IMG/VR virus record: IMGVR_UViG_3300011867_000002
Span: 62,001 to 126,000 of that record
Reading direction: 5' to 3' (one strand)
From: an uncultured virus (IMG/VR IMGVR_UViG_3300011867_000002)
Lineage: Duplodnaviria; Heunggongvirae; Uroviricota; Caudoviricetes
Length of the DNA stretch: 64,000 bases
Shown piece by piece: positions 47,270-55,723 of this stretch. Position numbers and translations under genes: made by a program. Numbering within the stretch: position 1 is the first letter of the stretch; every line of letters begins with the position of its first letter. The notes below the pieces were generated by a model. The model was not told the origin of the DNA, made no database searches, and saw nothing but the letters and a program-made list of their open reading frames with translations.

Positions 47270-49450
47270 TCAATAGTCGTCCGAAATCAGACGCGTCAGT
47301 CGGTCACCGCCTGAGAAATACATCCCCAAAGTTTGGAGGATGATGTAAAAGACCTTAACCGTGTCCATCACAATGCGACGGTAGTCGATCATCTGGAAGA
47401 TTTCATCCGGGATACCAGATTGCGCCACCACGGCTTGTGGCAACTGGAAGGTCGTGATGGACTTCATCTTGCCAGTGCGTTCGATGTACTTTTCCATACG
47501 CGCCGCCAGTTCTCGGTCTTGGAAGCCGGCAATCCATTCCCGTACTTTCACGCCGGACGACAGATCGACCGAAATCTTCAACACAGCGTACGGTGGTTCT
47601 TCCGAGAAGCCATACTTCGGTGCAAAGACTTCTTGCCAGAAGGTGTGGTGCTTGAATGGAGAGTCTTCCTTGTCGAGCTTGTACGCTTCCGAGTTCTTGA
47701 TCTGGGTCGACTTGAAGTAATCCTCGTCGCCGCGCTTGATCGTTGCAATCACCCGCCGTTCGATTTCAGCCACCCGCTTAACCATTGTGAGCAGATTGAT
47801 CTTCTTCTCCATCATCACGAGGTCCATGATGTCACGCATCATGACGGCCGCTTCCTTCATGACTTCTTTGGAAACGTTCGAAGACTTCAGGTGCACGCCT
47901 TTGATTTCTTCTTGCAACTTGGCAAAAATCTGCCCTTCCTGAATCGACTTGACCGCGTAGTAGTGCTTAGCCACCTGGGTCGGTACAAACACGTCGAAGT
48001 AGTACTCGTTCTTCATGGCAATTTGGAACAAGCGCTTTTGCTCGATACCGAAATTCGCCGACATCTTAGCAAGCAGATGTGTAACCGTTTGCGATGCCAA
48101 GAAAATCATGGTGGCACCGATGGCTTTACATTTGGGATCAAAACCTGGACGGCCCTGGTGCCACATGACCCAATCCTGAACGGTAAAGATGGTGGAGTCA
48201 GTATCGGACACGAGGGCCACACGGCGGATACTGTCGGGCAGCTTCGCCAAAGAAGCCGGAACGTTCGAAGTAACCCAAAACGCTGAGATTAGGTCTTCGT
48301 ATTCTACCAGAACATGGGCAATATTGGCGGTAGTTGCAGCAATAATGCCGTAGACATCGTTTCCTTTTAGGTTGTGGTAAGGCGGTTCTTGATTCTTTTG
48401 TGGATTGACAGCAATAATGATGTCGGCACAAATCGATCCTGCCAGATTGAGATAGTCGCCTCGTGCCTTCTTGATCACCGCTTCGGCTTCGGCCGCAGGC
48501 AAAGGTGTTTCGACACGGCGTGACAGTTTATCCAAGAAAGTCCGCACCATTACTTGGTTGTGCTTCATCAGGTGGTACATGTCGCCCGTGTAGACAAAAG
48601 CAGCACGCTCAATTGGGGTTAGCTTTTCCACCAAGACTTTGATACGGGCCAACTGTGCAATCGCATGCGGCCAGTACATGTTGGTCGAGTACGTGATGCA
48701 CGCCATCGTGTCTTCCACGGTCGGGTACGCGATGTCGTACTTTTCCATCACTTGACGGATTTTTGTGTAGTCGCTGTGGTTGACGATCGAGACGATGTTG
48801 TTCAGTGCTGTTTGCGGCGACCAGTAATGACGGTTACCGGCGACAAACTTCTCATTATTGACGTTCCCGTAACCCGAGGTAACACGACAGGTCGAAGTCA
48901 AGGTGCTGTGGCCAGTCGGGTTGTACATCGGCGTCGACGGCGTAACGTGTGAACCAGAAATGGCATTGTTACGAATTTTGCGACTATTCTGTTCGATCTT
49001 CTTCAAGACCTTGGTCGCTGTGTCGCCGGCAGCATCGGCGGCGAACATGGCCTTTTTAGCTTTACTACGCATCGCGACGTTATCGTCGATGTAGTCGACG
49101 AGGAGCGACTGTTTCTTCGACGGGTGAATGTACGTCGTAAAGGTAGCAGCAATCAGTTCTTGGTTCTTGATCGCTTCGTTCAAGTAACCCAAGAAGCCCA
49201 TGGCGCGTTTGACACGGTCACCATTTTCTTGGCGGAACAGGAACATGGCTTGTGGGTCTTTAAACTCGAACTTGCCACCGGGTGCCATTTCACGCTGGAT
49301 GTAATTGGCACAGTACTCTTTGGTGCGGGTGCGATCAGTCATGATCGAGAGGTACATCGCTGCATCGTCTTGATAATGACCCATGGGGTTGATGTCCCGC
49401 TGGTATTCTTCGGCAGGCAAGACAAAGGGATTGTGAGCAAGAACGTTCAT
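47270..49450 (-). CDS. Split family-B DNA polymerase, C-terminal/catalytic part (phiKZ gp50-like)
   Basis: Motif B Q...KIRNNAISG, motif C SDTDST, plus KNEY, KHY and KGV. Confidence 0.9.
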   Translation of the reverse strand: MNVLAHNPFVLPAEEYQRDINPMGHYQDDAAMYLSIMTDRTRTKEYCANYIQREMAPGGKFEFKDPQAMFLFRQENGDRVKRAMGFLGYLNEAIKNQELIAATFTTYIHPSKKQSLLVDYIDDNVAMRSKAKKAMFAADAAGDTATKVLKKIEQNSRKIRNNAISGSHVTPSTPMYNPTGHSTLTSTCRVTSGYGNVNNEKFVAGNRHYWSPQTALNNIVSIVNHSDYTKIRQVMEKYDIAYPTVEDTMACITYSTNMYWPHAIAQLARIKVLVEKLTPIERAAFVYTGDMYHLMKHNQVMVRTFLDKLSRRVETPLPAAEAEAVIKKARGDYLNLAGSICADIIIAVNPQKNQEPPYHNLKGNDVYGIIAATTANIAHVLVEYEDLISAFWVTSNVPASLAKLPDSIRRVALVSDTDSTIFTVQDWVMWHQGRPGFDPKCKAIGATMIFLASQTVTHLLAKMSANFGIEQKRLFQIAMKNEYYFDVFVPTQVAKHYYAVKSIQEGQIFAKLQEEIKGVHLKSSNVSKEVMKEAAVMMRDIMDLVMMEKKINLLTMVKRVAEIERRVIATIKRGDEDYFKSTQIKNSEAYKLDKEDSPFKHHTFWQEVFAPKYGFSEEPPYAVLKISVDLSSGVKVREWIAGFQDRELAARMEKYIERTGKMKSITTFQLPQAVVAQSGIPDEIFQMIDYRRIVMDTVKVFYIILQTLGMYFSGGDRLTRLISDDY

Positions 49451-49526
49451 GGTGGTGCACTCCGTATTGGTATCACAACATGATGCGGTCCGGTATTTTT
49501 CTAAAAGAAACCAAAAAAAGAACGTG

Positions 49527-49571
49527 CGGCATAAAAGAAAAAAAGAAGGACGAGACCCGAAGGTCCCGTCC
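49527..49571 (-). terminator. Intrinsic terminator with a C(UUCG)G loop, U-tract and UAUGCCG
   Basis: Minus strand GGACGGGACC-TTCG-GGTCTCGTCC-TTCTTTTTTTCTTTTATGCCG. Confidence 0.85.
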
Positions 49572-49835
49572 CCAAACGCATGTTACACAAACTACGTCAC
49601 CCGTAAACGTGTACGCATCAATCCGCCGAAAAGAGGGTAAACAGCAGAGCGCAGTACGCCGTCCATCACAAGGAAGTCACCTGTTGAAGAAGGAATGGCA
49701 GGTGACTCGGGCATGCGACGGTGTTTGTTGGTCGCCTTCATGCGGACAAAGGTTTCTTAACTCTTGACAAGGGAGAGTACTGCGCTGGAGCCAAGAGTTA
49801 AGCAAGCGGGATCGACCTAACCCCTCTCACTACTC
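49535..49835 (-). ncRNA. Candidate structured non-coding RNA (~300 nt) with a pseudoknot; family unknown
   Basis: No credible ORF; perfect 11-, 10- and 9-bp helices; promoter-like motif upstream and terminator downstream. Confidence 0.6.
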
Positions 49836-49880
49836 ATAACCATGGGGATACCTAGTAAAAAAATTTGTCTTTTACTTTGT

Positions 49881-50285
49881 TTACTCGGCCAGGCTGATTT
49901 CGAAGTCCATGAACTTACTGGCGAGCAGGGCATTGCGCAGTCGTGGCAGATCGCTCGCACTGATGTTGCCGACCTTGATGTTGTAATTGCGCGACGTCAC
50001 CAGCTGGATGCTGTCTTCCTTGATCCAGGGGATACCGATGACCACGACTTCACCCATGGCCGTCAGGAACTCGATGTAGCTGTACGCGGCCGGATCGTTC
50101 GGGGTACCAGGTGGCAGTTGGTTAAACACCTGTGCATGCAGTTCGCGCGTCGGGCACTGGGCCCGGATCGCGCTGCGTTCACTCATCTCGGCGGACAAGA
50201 TGGTCACGTTCTTGTAACTGGAACCCAGAATACCGGGTGCCCAGAGATCGAACGAATACACACTGTTGACTTTAAATGGCGTCAT
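49881..50285 (-). CDS. Conserved hypothetical protein (phiKZ gp49-like by synteny)
   Basis: 134 aa with a GIPWI motif; RBS AGGA. Confidence 0.75.
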   Translation of the reverse strand: MTPFKVNSVYSFDLWAPGILGSSYKNVTILSAEMSERSAIRAQCPTRELHAQVFNQLPPGTPNDPAAYSYIEFLTAMGEVVVIGIPWIKEDSIQLVTSRNYNIKVGNISASDLPRLRNALLASKFMDFEISLAE

Positions 50286-50310
50286 GGGGATTTCCTAAAG
50301 AAGAAGGTCG

Positions 50311-50697
50311 CTATCCACTGACGTAATCAAGTACCATGATGTCCGGGTGGATGTTGCGTGGGGTATAAGGAATGGTGCCATCGAGATCAACCAGATTTGC
50401 GTTCACCAGGAACTGGTAGAACTTGACGGTGATTTCGGTGGCAGCCAAACTCAGTTTGTTTAGACTGGCTGGGTCTTGATCCCAACGTTTGTCTCGCATA
50501 AGATGGGTGTCCGGCCAAGTGGCACCGATATGCTGCATCACATGCGCCCACGGGTAGTTCATTAAGCCATAGACCATCTGTCGAATCAATTCATCGAAGT
50601 CTGCCCGTTGGGGCAGATTCGGTGCAAAGTACTGCTCGAAGATGGCGTAGTACTGGGGGATGTTGACAATGACGTTAAGCGGGAACTTGCGGCTCAT
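50311..50697 (-). CDS. Conserved small helical protein (putative paralog array)
   Basis: Start moved to ATG 50697 (RBS GAGGTG). Confidence 0.7.
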   Translation of the reverse strand: MSRKFPLNVIVNIPQYYAIFEQYFAPNLPQRADFDELIRQMVYGLMNYPWAHVMQHIGATWPDTHLMRDKRWDQDPASLNKLSLAATEITVKFYQFLVNANLVDLDGTIPYTPRNIHPDIMVLDYVSG

Positions 50698-51142
50698 CGT
50701 CACCTCGCGTAAACAAGATGTGCTCCAGCACAATGTTCTCGTTGGCCATGCACTTGTAACTGTACATGAGGCGGTTGTTCTGGTACGCGCCGATACGTTG
50801 CAAGACACGCACCAAGTGCATGCCGAGGTTCACAAGAAAGCGGGTGTACTCGACCACCTTGGAGATATCGCGGTCGCCCATGGCTTCTTGGACGATCTGC
50901 ATGCTTTCGTATTGGAGCGACAGCTCGGCGTCTTTCTTAAAAGCGATGACTTGGAGAATCTCGGGCAGGATTTTGTCCATGTCTTCAATCCAGTAGCTCT
51001 TGAGGACGCGTGGCGATGCATGTTCTCCCTCGTAGAAGGGCAGCATCGATTCACGCAGTTCTGACACCACCGCCCGTGTATCGAGGATGATGTGCGATGG
51101 TGCTTGTTGCTTCTCGTTTCCGGGTAAGGTAAAAAGTGCCAT
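50675..51142 (-). CDS. Conserved small helical protein (putative paralog array)
   Basis: Probable start at ATG 51142; the exact start is uncertain. Confidence 0.65.
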   Translation of the reverse strand: MALFTLPGNEKQQAPSHIILDTRAVVSELRESMLPFYEGEHASPRVLKSYWIEDMDKILPEILQVIAFKKDAELSLQYESMQIVQEAMGDRDISKVVEYTRFLVNLGMHLVRVLQRIGAYQNNRLMYSYKCMANENIVLEHILFTRGDDEPQVPA

Positions 51143-51488
51143 GATGGATGGATTTCGTAAAAGTGAATGGGAACTGACCGTCAACATAGGCATGGTGGTG
51201 GAGCAGTTTATTTCTAATTGCACCTGCCAACTTGAGCATGGACGAATAGAGACGAGTCAAGGCATCAGGTTCATACTGAATATACATGTCATCTGACTGG
51301 ATATACATCTCTGCCAGTCGGTAGATGTCGCGTTTATCCAACCCGTCAACATTTAAGACATCGATCAACATTTCCATGATGCATTCAGTGGAAATACGCG
51401 GTAGATCAATATCGATCGTCTCCGCAAGGAATACATTGACCTCATGTTTACAATCCAGAATAAAAGCATTTTTCATGAAATTCTCCAA
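51051..51488 (-). CDS. Conserved small helical protein (putative paralog array)
   Basis: 145 aa; ATG 51476 with RBS GGAG is an alternative start. Confidence 0.7.
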   Translation of the reverse strand: MENFMKNAFILDCKHEVNVFLAETIDIDLPRISTECIMEMLIDVLNVDGLDKRDIYRLAEMYIQSDDMYIQYEPDALTRLYSSMLKLAGAIRNKLLHHHAYVDGQFPFTFTKSIHHGTFYLTRKREATSTIAHHPRYTGGGVRTA

Positions 51489-51521
51489 CTTACCACAGCA
51501 CGGATGCCATGGTAAGTGTTC

Positions 51522-51983
51522 TTAACAAAGATGGAGCGGTGGGGTGGCCACCAGGTGCATGGGTGATTCAGGGTCTTCCACCAAATGAATGATGAGTGTA
51601 CTGTTTGTACTCAACCCATATTGACAACGTTCGATTTCCGCGAAGTAAATGTCCGGCAAGGCACCGTAAATGATGGCCAAGGTGTTGTTCAGGAATTCGC
51701 ACTTGAGTTTCAAGATCAACTGCTGTGGCAGGCCGAGTTCACGGAGCCATTTGGTCGATTCAGTTTCCTCATCTTGGATGTAACTAGAGAGGTGGTACTC
51801 CTTGAAAATCTCGTACAGCATCGCTTCAATGAAGGGCACGAACATCTCGGTGCGGATCATGACGAGCGGCGGAGAAATCCACTGGGGATTCTTAGCAACG
51901 CTTACCGCCCAGTCGTAGTAGTCTTGCACGAGCACGGCCACAGGACCGGCCAAGTTCAGCAAGACGGTCCGGCGCTTAACCAT
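51522..51983 (-). CDS. Hypothetical protein (putative paralog array)
   Basis: 153 aa, RBS AAGGA. Confidence 0.7.
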   Translation of the reverse strand: MVKRRTVLLNLAGPVAVLVQDYYDWAVSVAKNPQWISPPLVMIRTEMFVPFIEAMLYEIFKEYHLSSYIQDEETESTKWLRELGLPQQLILKLKCEFLNNTLAIIYGALPDIYFAEIERCQYGLSTNSTLIIHLVEDPESPMHLVATPPLHLC

Positions 51984-51992
51984 GGGACTTCC

Positions 51993-52706
51993 TTAGTAAT
52001 CGATGTCGGTACCGGTCAACAGGTGCCAGTTAGCGATGCGGTAATCGACGCTTTTCGAGAGCTTGACCGACAGGGGTTCCAGGAACTCCATGAAGTGCAC
52101 AGTCCACACATCGCCGTCGACGAACGAGACCATTTTCTGGAATACACCTGCGAGGCATGCCAACATGTCTTCCAACAGATCAACCAGGATGGTGGCATGT
52201 TGCTCGTCGTCGAAATCACCGTACTCTTGCTGAATCGCTGCTTGGGTTGGGGCGTTCAAATACTTGAGCAGGATGTCGTAGTCGCGCCTTGCAGGAGGCC
52301 GAGCGCCACTCGCGGGCCAAACTTGGAGTGCTGCCAAGCGGTTGTCCATCAGTTCGTAGATCAAACTGATAGCTACTGCCGGTAAGTTCGGGGTGTTCGA
52401 CAGCAAAGGTACATGGCGCCGGGCGATCACGCATTCACCGACTTCGTTGTACACCGCACTTTCGATCATCTCCAGATCGAGGTATGTCAGCGGCACCTCG
52501 GCCTTGGCGGTTTCGCCGACGGGCGAATCGCTGATGACCATTTGACGATAGTGCTGGTCGGGCACCATGCGCGGCTTGATTTCATTGCGCACATAAATCC
52601 CGGACGGTGGCGGAATGAGATGCTTCGAGAAGCAATCATCAAACATCACCGCAACAGGCAAGATGTCGATGATGTGAATCTTCTTGATGGGATAAGTATC
52701 GGCCAT
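51993..52706 (-). CDS. Conserved hypothetical protein
   Basis: 237 aa, TAATG-coupled to the upstream gene. Confidence 0.75.
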   Translation of the reverse strand: MADTYPIKKIHIIDILPVAVMFDDCFSKHLIPPPSGIYVRNEIKPRMVPDQHYRQMVISDSPVGETAKAEVPLTYLDLEMIESAVYNEVGECVIARRHVPLLSNTPNLPAVAISLIYELMDNRLAALQVWPASGARPPARRDYDILLKYLNAPTQAAIQQEYGDFDDEQHATILVDLLEDMLACLAGVFQKMVSFVDGDVWTVHFMEFLEPLSVKLSKSVDYRIANWHLLTGTDIDY

Positions 52707-53074
52707 TATCGTTGGTGAAAATTCTTTAAGTTAGTGACATACCCAATGCAGACGACTGTGCTGGACCTTAGGTGGACTTCTATTTCAGCAGTGTCATACA
52801 GGCGGGGCGCTTTAATGTAGTGCGTGAAACAAGACTGGAGTGGGAACGGCAACGCTTCGTTGAGCGCTTGGTACGCGTTCTCAAACTGGTACGGGAGCAA
52901 CGCAAAGCAGTTATGCTCGTACAGATTATACACCTCCAGCATTTCACGGCGAATCCACCACAGCATGAATTCGTCTTGGTCAATCTGGTACTCGGTAAGA
53001 ATGCGGGTAAGTTGGGGTTGTAATTCAGCGATTAACGCAGACAAGCCTTGTATGAGCCATGCGCCTACTTTCAT
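52706..53074 (-). CDS. Conserved hypothetical protein
   Basis: 122 aa, RBS AAGGA. Confidence 0.7.
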   Translation of the reverse strand: MKVGAWLIQGLSALIAELQPQLTRILTEYQIDQDEFMLWWIRREMLEVYNLYEHNCFALLPYQFENAYQALNEALPFPLQSCFTHYIKAPRLYDTAEIEVHLRSSTVVCIGYVTNLKNFHQR

Positions 53075-53184
53075 TGTTTTTCCTTCGACATGGGTGCCCC
53101 TCTATAAGATTGACGCATTGTGTTTTTTATTACACGGCATAAAAGGTTTCCTGTAACCCCTCGCAAGAAGAGTAGCAGGAAACC

Positions 53185-53430
53185 TTATCGCGGCAATGTT
53201 CGACGCACATCTTTGTACGCAGTACGGATGACCGTATTGACGTACTTTACCAAATTACGATTGGTTTCCGTTTGGCTACCAAAGGTAAGGGTATCGCAGT
53301 AGTTACCAAAAGAATTACCCATAGCAATGGAAATCAGTACTTGGTATTCATGTGGAAACAGCGGCACCACGAGTTCGTCGCCTTCGTAATCGACTACCAC
53401 GAGGAGTGATGGCGTAATGATGATTTTCAT
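53185..53430 (-). CDS. Small hypothetical protein
   Basis: 81 aa, TAATG-coupled. Confidence 0.65.
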   Translation of the reverse strand: MKIIITPSLLVVVDYEGDELVVPLFPHEYQVLISIAMGNSFGNYCDTLTFGSQTETNRNLVKYVNTVIRTAYKDVRRTLPR

Positions 53431-53843
53431 TAGATTGCCATTTTGCTTTTGAATGCAAACGAAAAGTTCTTGCCGTCGTACGCAACGTTACTGATGGGGT
53501 AGAGGCCAGCATAAAGCACGCCGTTCGCGACGACACTCATGGTGTAACTGTGTGGATCGGTTGCGATAGGACTCTTGGCCAACTTGGGGTCTGGGTTACG
53601 GATGAGTTCGGTAATCCACAGTCCCATGGTGCGCCCAAACAGTTCTTTGAATTCCGGACGCACTTGGCAGGTGAGTCGCGTTCCTTCTACCATGTTTGGC
53701 ACAAAGACAGGCGACATGGCTTCGAAACACAAGCGGATCATGCGCTTGAGTTGCTGGTGCGTACTTGATTCGGTCAGGGCGGTCGGATAACGAAGGATGA
53801 TGTGCTCTCCTTCTTGGTGAACAACGCCTGTAACTTTTCCCAC
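53430..53843 (-). CDS. Hypothetical protein
   Basis: Start moved to GTG 53843 (RBS AGGAG). Confidence 0.65.
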   Translation of the reverse strand: MGKVTGVVHQEGEHIILRYPTALTESSTHQQLKRMIRLCFEAMSPVFVPNMVEGTRLTCQVRPEFKELFGRTMGLWITELIRNPDPKLAKSPIATDPHSYTMSVVANGVLYAGLYPISNVAYDGKNFSFAFKSKMAI

Positions 53844-53859
53844 GATGGTACTCCTAAAA

Positions 53860-54420
53860 AAGGTTGGTGTGAGGGGGGAGTTCGTGACGGCACTAGATGC
53901 ATCGTGGCTGACGCCATTCTGCGGCACGGATTATGTACTCCCACCTCACTAGATCATTGCAGCCATCCCAAGGCTCGACTTTATCCATCCCTTACCCTCT
54001 CTGAAGGTAAGCGGTATGTTCCGGTTCGGCAAACGTGGGCTCGATGGTCTGCGATCAACTGCCACCCGGCGGGTGCAGGTTGTCAACGGTTTATACCAAG
54101 CGACTCTATGGCTTGGCTTAAATGGGGGCCTAAGCTCCAGCTCCCTGTCGTACAGTCACGGGACTTCTTCACTCCCACAACGACGAACTAGGGCCGATGA
54201 ATGCTTTTCCTTACAGGTACCCGGAACCTGTGGATCGGCGCCATTGGCGATAGTGGTCATTGGCTGGTGCCTGGCGTTTGACCGGACGCCGGCGTGGGTG
54301 GGCATGGTACCCTCAACCGGGCGTGATATCACAGCCGGGTCGACTTCCCAATCGTAAGACGCATACGCGGGTGTAACACTCCGCGAAAGCGCCTCCGCGA
54401 GAAGAGTGGCAGGAGGCTGG
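53860..54420 (-). ncRNA. Candidate large structured RNA element downstream of phuZ
   Basis: A gap of about 310 nt with no credible ORF, plus an adjoining region, both packed with back-to-back hairpins. Confidence 0.4.
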
Positions 54421-54590
54421 AATCGACGATCTTCCACGATATCTTCCGATACCTCTTCAGAGTCGGCTCCAATGACGGACATCCCGGCCAACGTAACGGC
54501 GGCGATTAACGCCATCCGACCTGAACGGGACAAGCTGCCTCCACCAATGATAGCCACGCGCCTCGAATCAGTCGTCGACGACGATTCCAC
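54156..54590 (-). CDS. Hypothetical protein (uncertain; its 3' half overlaps the structured region)
   Basis: 144-aa ORF overlapping the phuZ stop; the N-terminal half looks protein-like (VAIIGGG...). Confidence 0.4.
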   Translation of the reverse strand: MESSSTTDSRRVAIIGGGSLSRSGRMALIAAVTLAGMSVIGADSEEVSEDIVEDRRFQPPATLLAEALSRSVTPAYASYDWEVDPAVISRPVEGTMPTHAGVRSNARHQPMTTIANGADPQVPGTCKEKHSSALVRRCGSEEVP

Positions 54591-55584
54591 GCTTGGTGGC
54601 TTTCGTACCGGCGACCGTCTTGTTGACGATCGGGGTGTCGACGATGGCTTCGCGTGCCTGGTTGATATCTGCCAGACGGCCTTCCAGTTCGTCGAGCACG
54701 TGCTTGAAGCGACCCGTGCTGAGGACGAAGTGGATCGGTGCGCGGCCGATCACGATCTTGTCGGCGTCTGGCGAGATGCGGCCGACGACCTGGTATTCTG
54801 GCGTCTGCTCGATTTCGTGGTTCGAGGTGGCGGTCGCCAGCGTGGCCACGCTGATGATGTTGCCGGTCTGGGTGACTTGGTCGTCGCCTTCGAACATGCT
54901 CAGCTGCGCCAAGCGGGCGCCGTAAGCGGTGGTCTTGTTTTCGTTGAAGTGCAGCCAGTTGTACAGGTCTTGAGGATCGAGGCCGTGGTTCAGGCCCGAG
55001 AACAGGACGCACAGGGAGCCGACCAGGGCCACGATGGCTTCGTCGACTTTGGCGCGCGGCGTGGCGACGCTGTTCTGGAAATAGACGGTGTTGACCGGAC
55101 GGTTGGTGTCTTCGGCCACGTTCATCAGCGTGCGGATGTGGTTGCGGGTGTTAGTGATTTCACGCTTGTCGGCGGTGGTGCCGACGACGATGACGATCAC
55201 ATTGTGGCCCGATGCCAGCAGTTCGTGGGCGAGGGTCGAGACCATCGGCGCACCGGAGCCGCCTGAACCGGACGACAGGAAGATGTTCAGGGTTTCCGAC
55301 GGCTTGAATTGTTGCAGGATCGCCTTGGCGTGGGCGTCGATCGCTTCCAGGTGCTGGCCTTGGAACTTGCCGGAACCCTTGGCGTTCGGCAGGAAGAAGC
55401 AGTTGTCCGGGCTGATGTTCGGGTAGATCGCGTCCGAGTCGCTGGTGTCACCATACGCGATGTCGAGCGCAGCGGCGCCAGGGATACGGCTGTCACGGAA
55501 GTTTTCCAGTTGCGAGCCCGTGTTAAAGCCGACGCCGCCCATGGCATACAGGCGTACGGTATTCGTTTTCTTTTCGTCGTTCAT
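54568..55584 (-). CDS. phuZ: Phage tubulin PhuZ
   Basis: GGVGFN, DTS, GSGK, tubulin signature SGSGGSG, LDPQD loop and C-terminal GIVVDD. Confidence 0.93.
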   Translation of the reverse strand: MNDEKKTNTVRLYAMGGVGFNTGSQLENFRDSRIPGAAALDIAYGDTSDSDAIYPNISPDNCFFLPNAKGSGKFQGQHLEAIDAHAKAILQQFKPSETLNIFLSSGSGGSGAPMVSTLAHELLASGHNVIVIVVGTTADKREITNTRNHIRTLMNVAEDTNRPVNTVYFQNSVATPRAKVDEAIVALVGSLCVLFSGLNHGLDPQDLYNWLHFNENKTTAYGARLAQLSMFEGDDQVTQTGNIISVATLATATSNHEIEQTPEYQVVGRISPDADKIVIGRAPIHFVLSTGRFKHVLDELEGRLADINQAREAIVDTPIVNKTVAGTKATKRGIVVDD

Positions 55585-55689
55585 TTCTTGAGTCCTCTTT
55601 TATTGATGTGCTGCACTTGGTACATAACCTAGCTCAGCACTGTTAAAAAATAATGTTTATAAAGGCGAATCGTATGTCAGCCTCATGTA

Positions 55690-55713
55690 GGTAATATGTG
55701 TTCAAACATTTTT
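55690..55713 (-). promoter_or_regulatory. Early-type promoter motif upstream of phuZ
   Basis: Minus strand ACACATATTACCTACATGAG. Confidence 0.7.
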
Positions 55714-55723
55714 AGGAGGGTCC

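Noticed and set aside
49620..49815. CsrA/RsmA sponge reading from several GGA words on the plus strand
   Set aside because: The promoter motif, terminator orientation and outer G-U pairs favour minus-strand transcription. The plus-strand reading is not excluded but is unsupported.
53900..54165. Group I intron-like S element (GUACAUAAUCCG) followed by a small hairpin
   Set aside because: I found no convincing P7/P3 pairing and no interrupted host gene. It is kept only as a generic structured-RNA candidate.
53905..54172. RNase P-like words (GAAGAAGUCC ... ACAUAAUCCG) on the minus strand
   Set aside because: The P4 partner GGCUU and the other conserved regions are not present, so it cannot be called RNase P.
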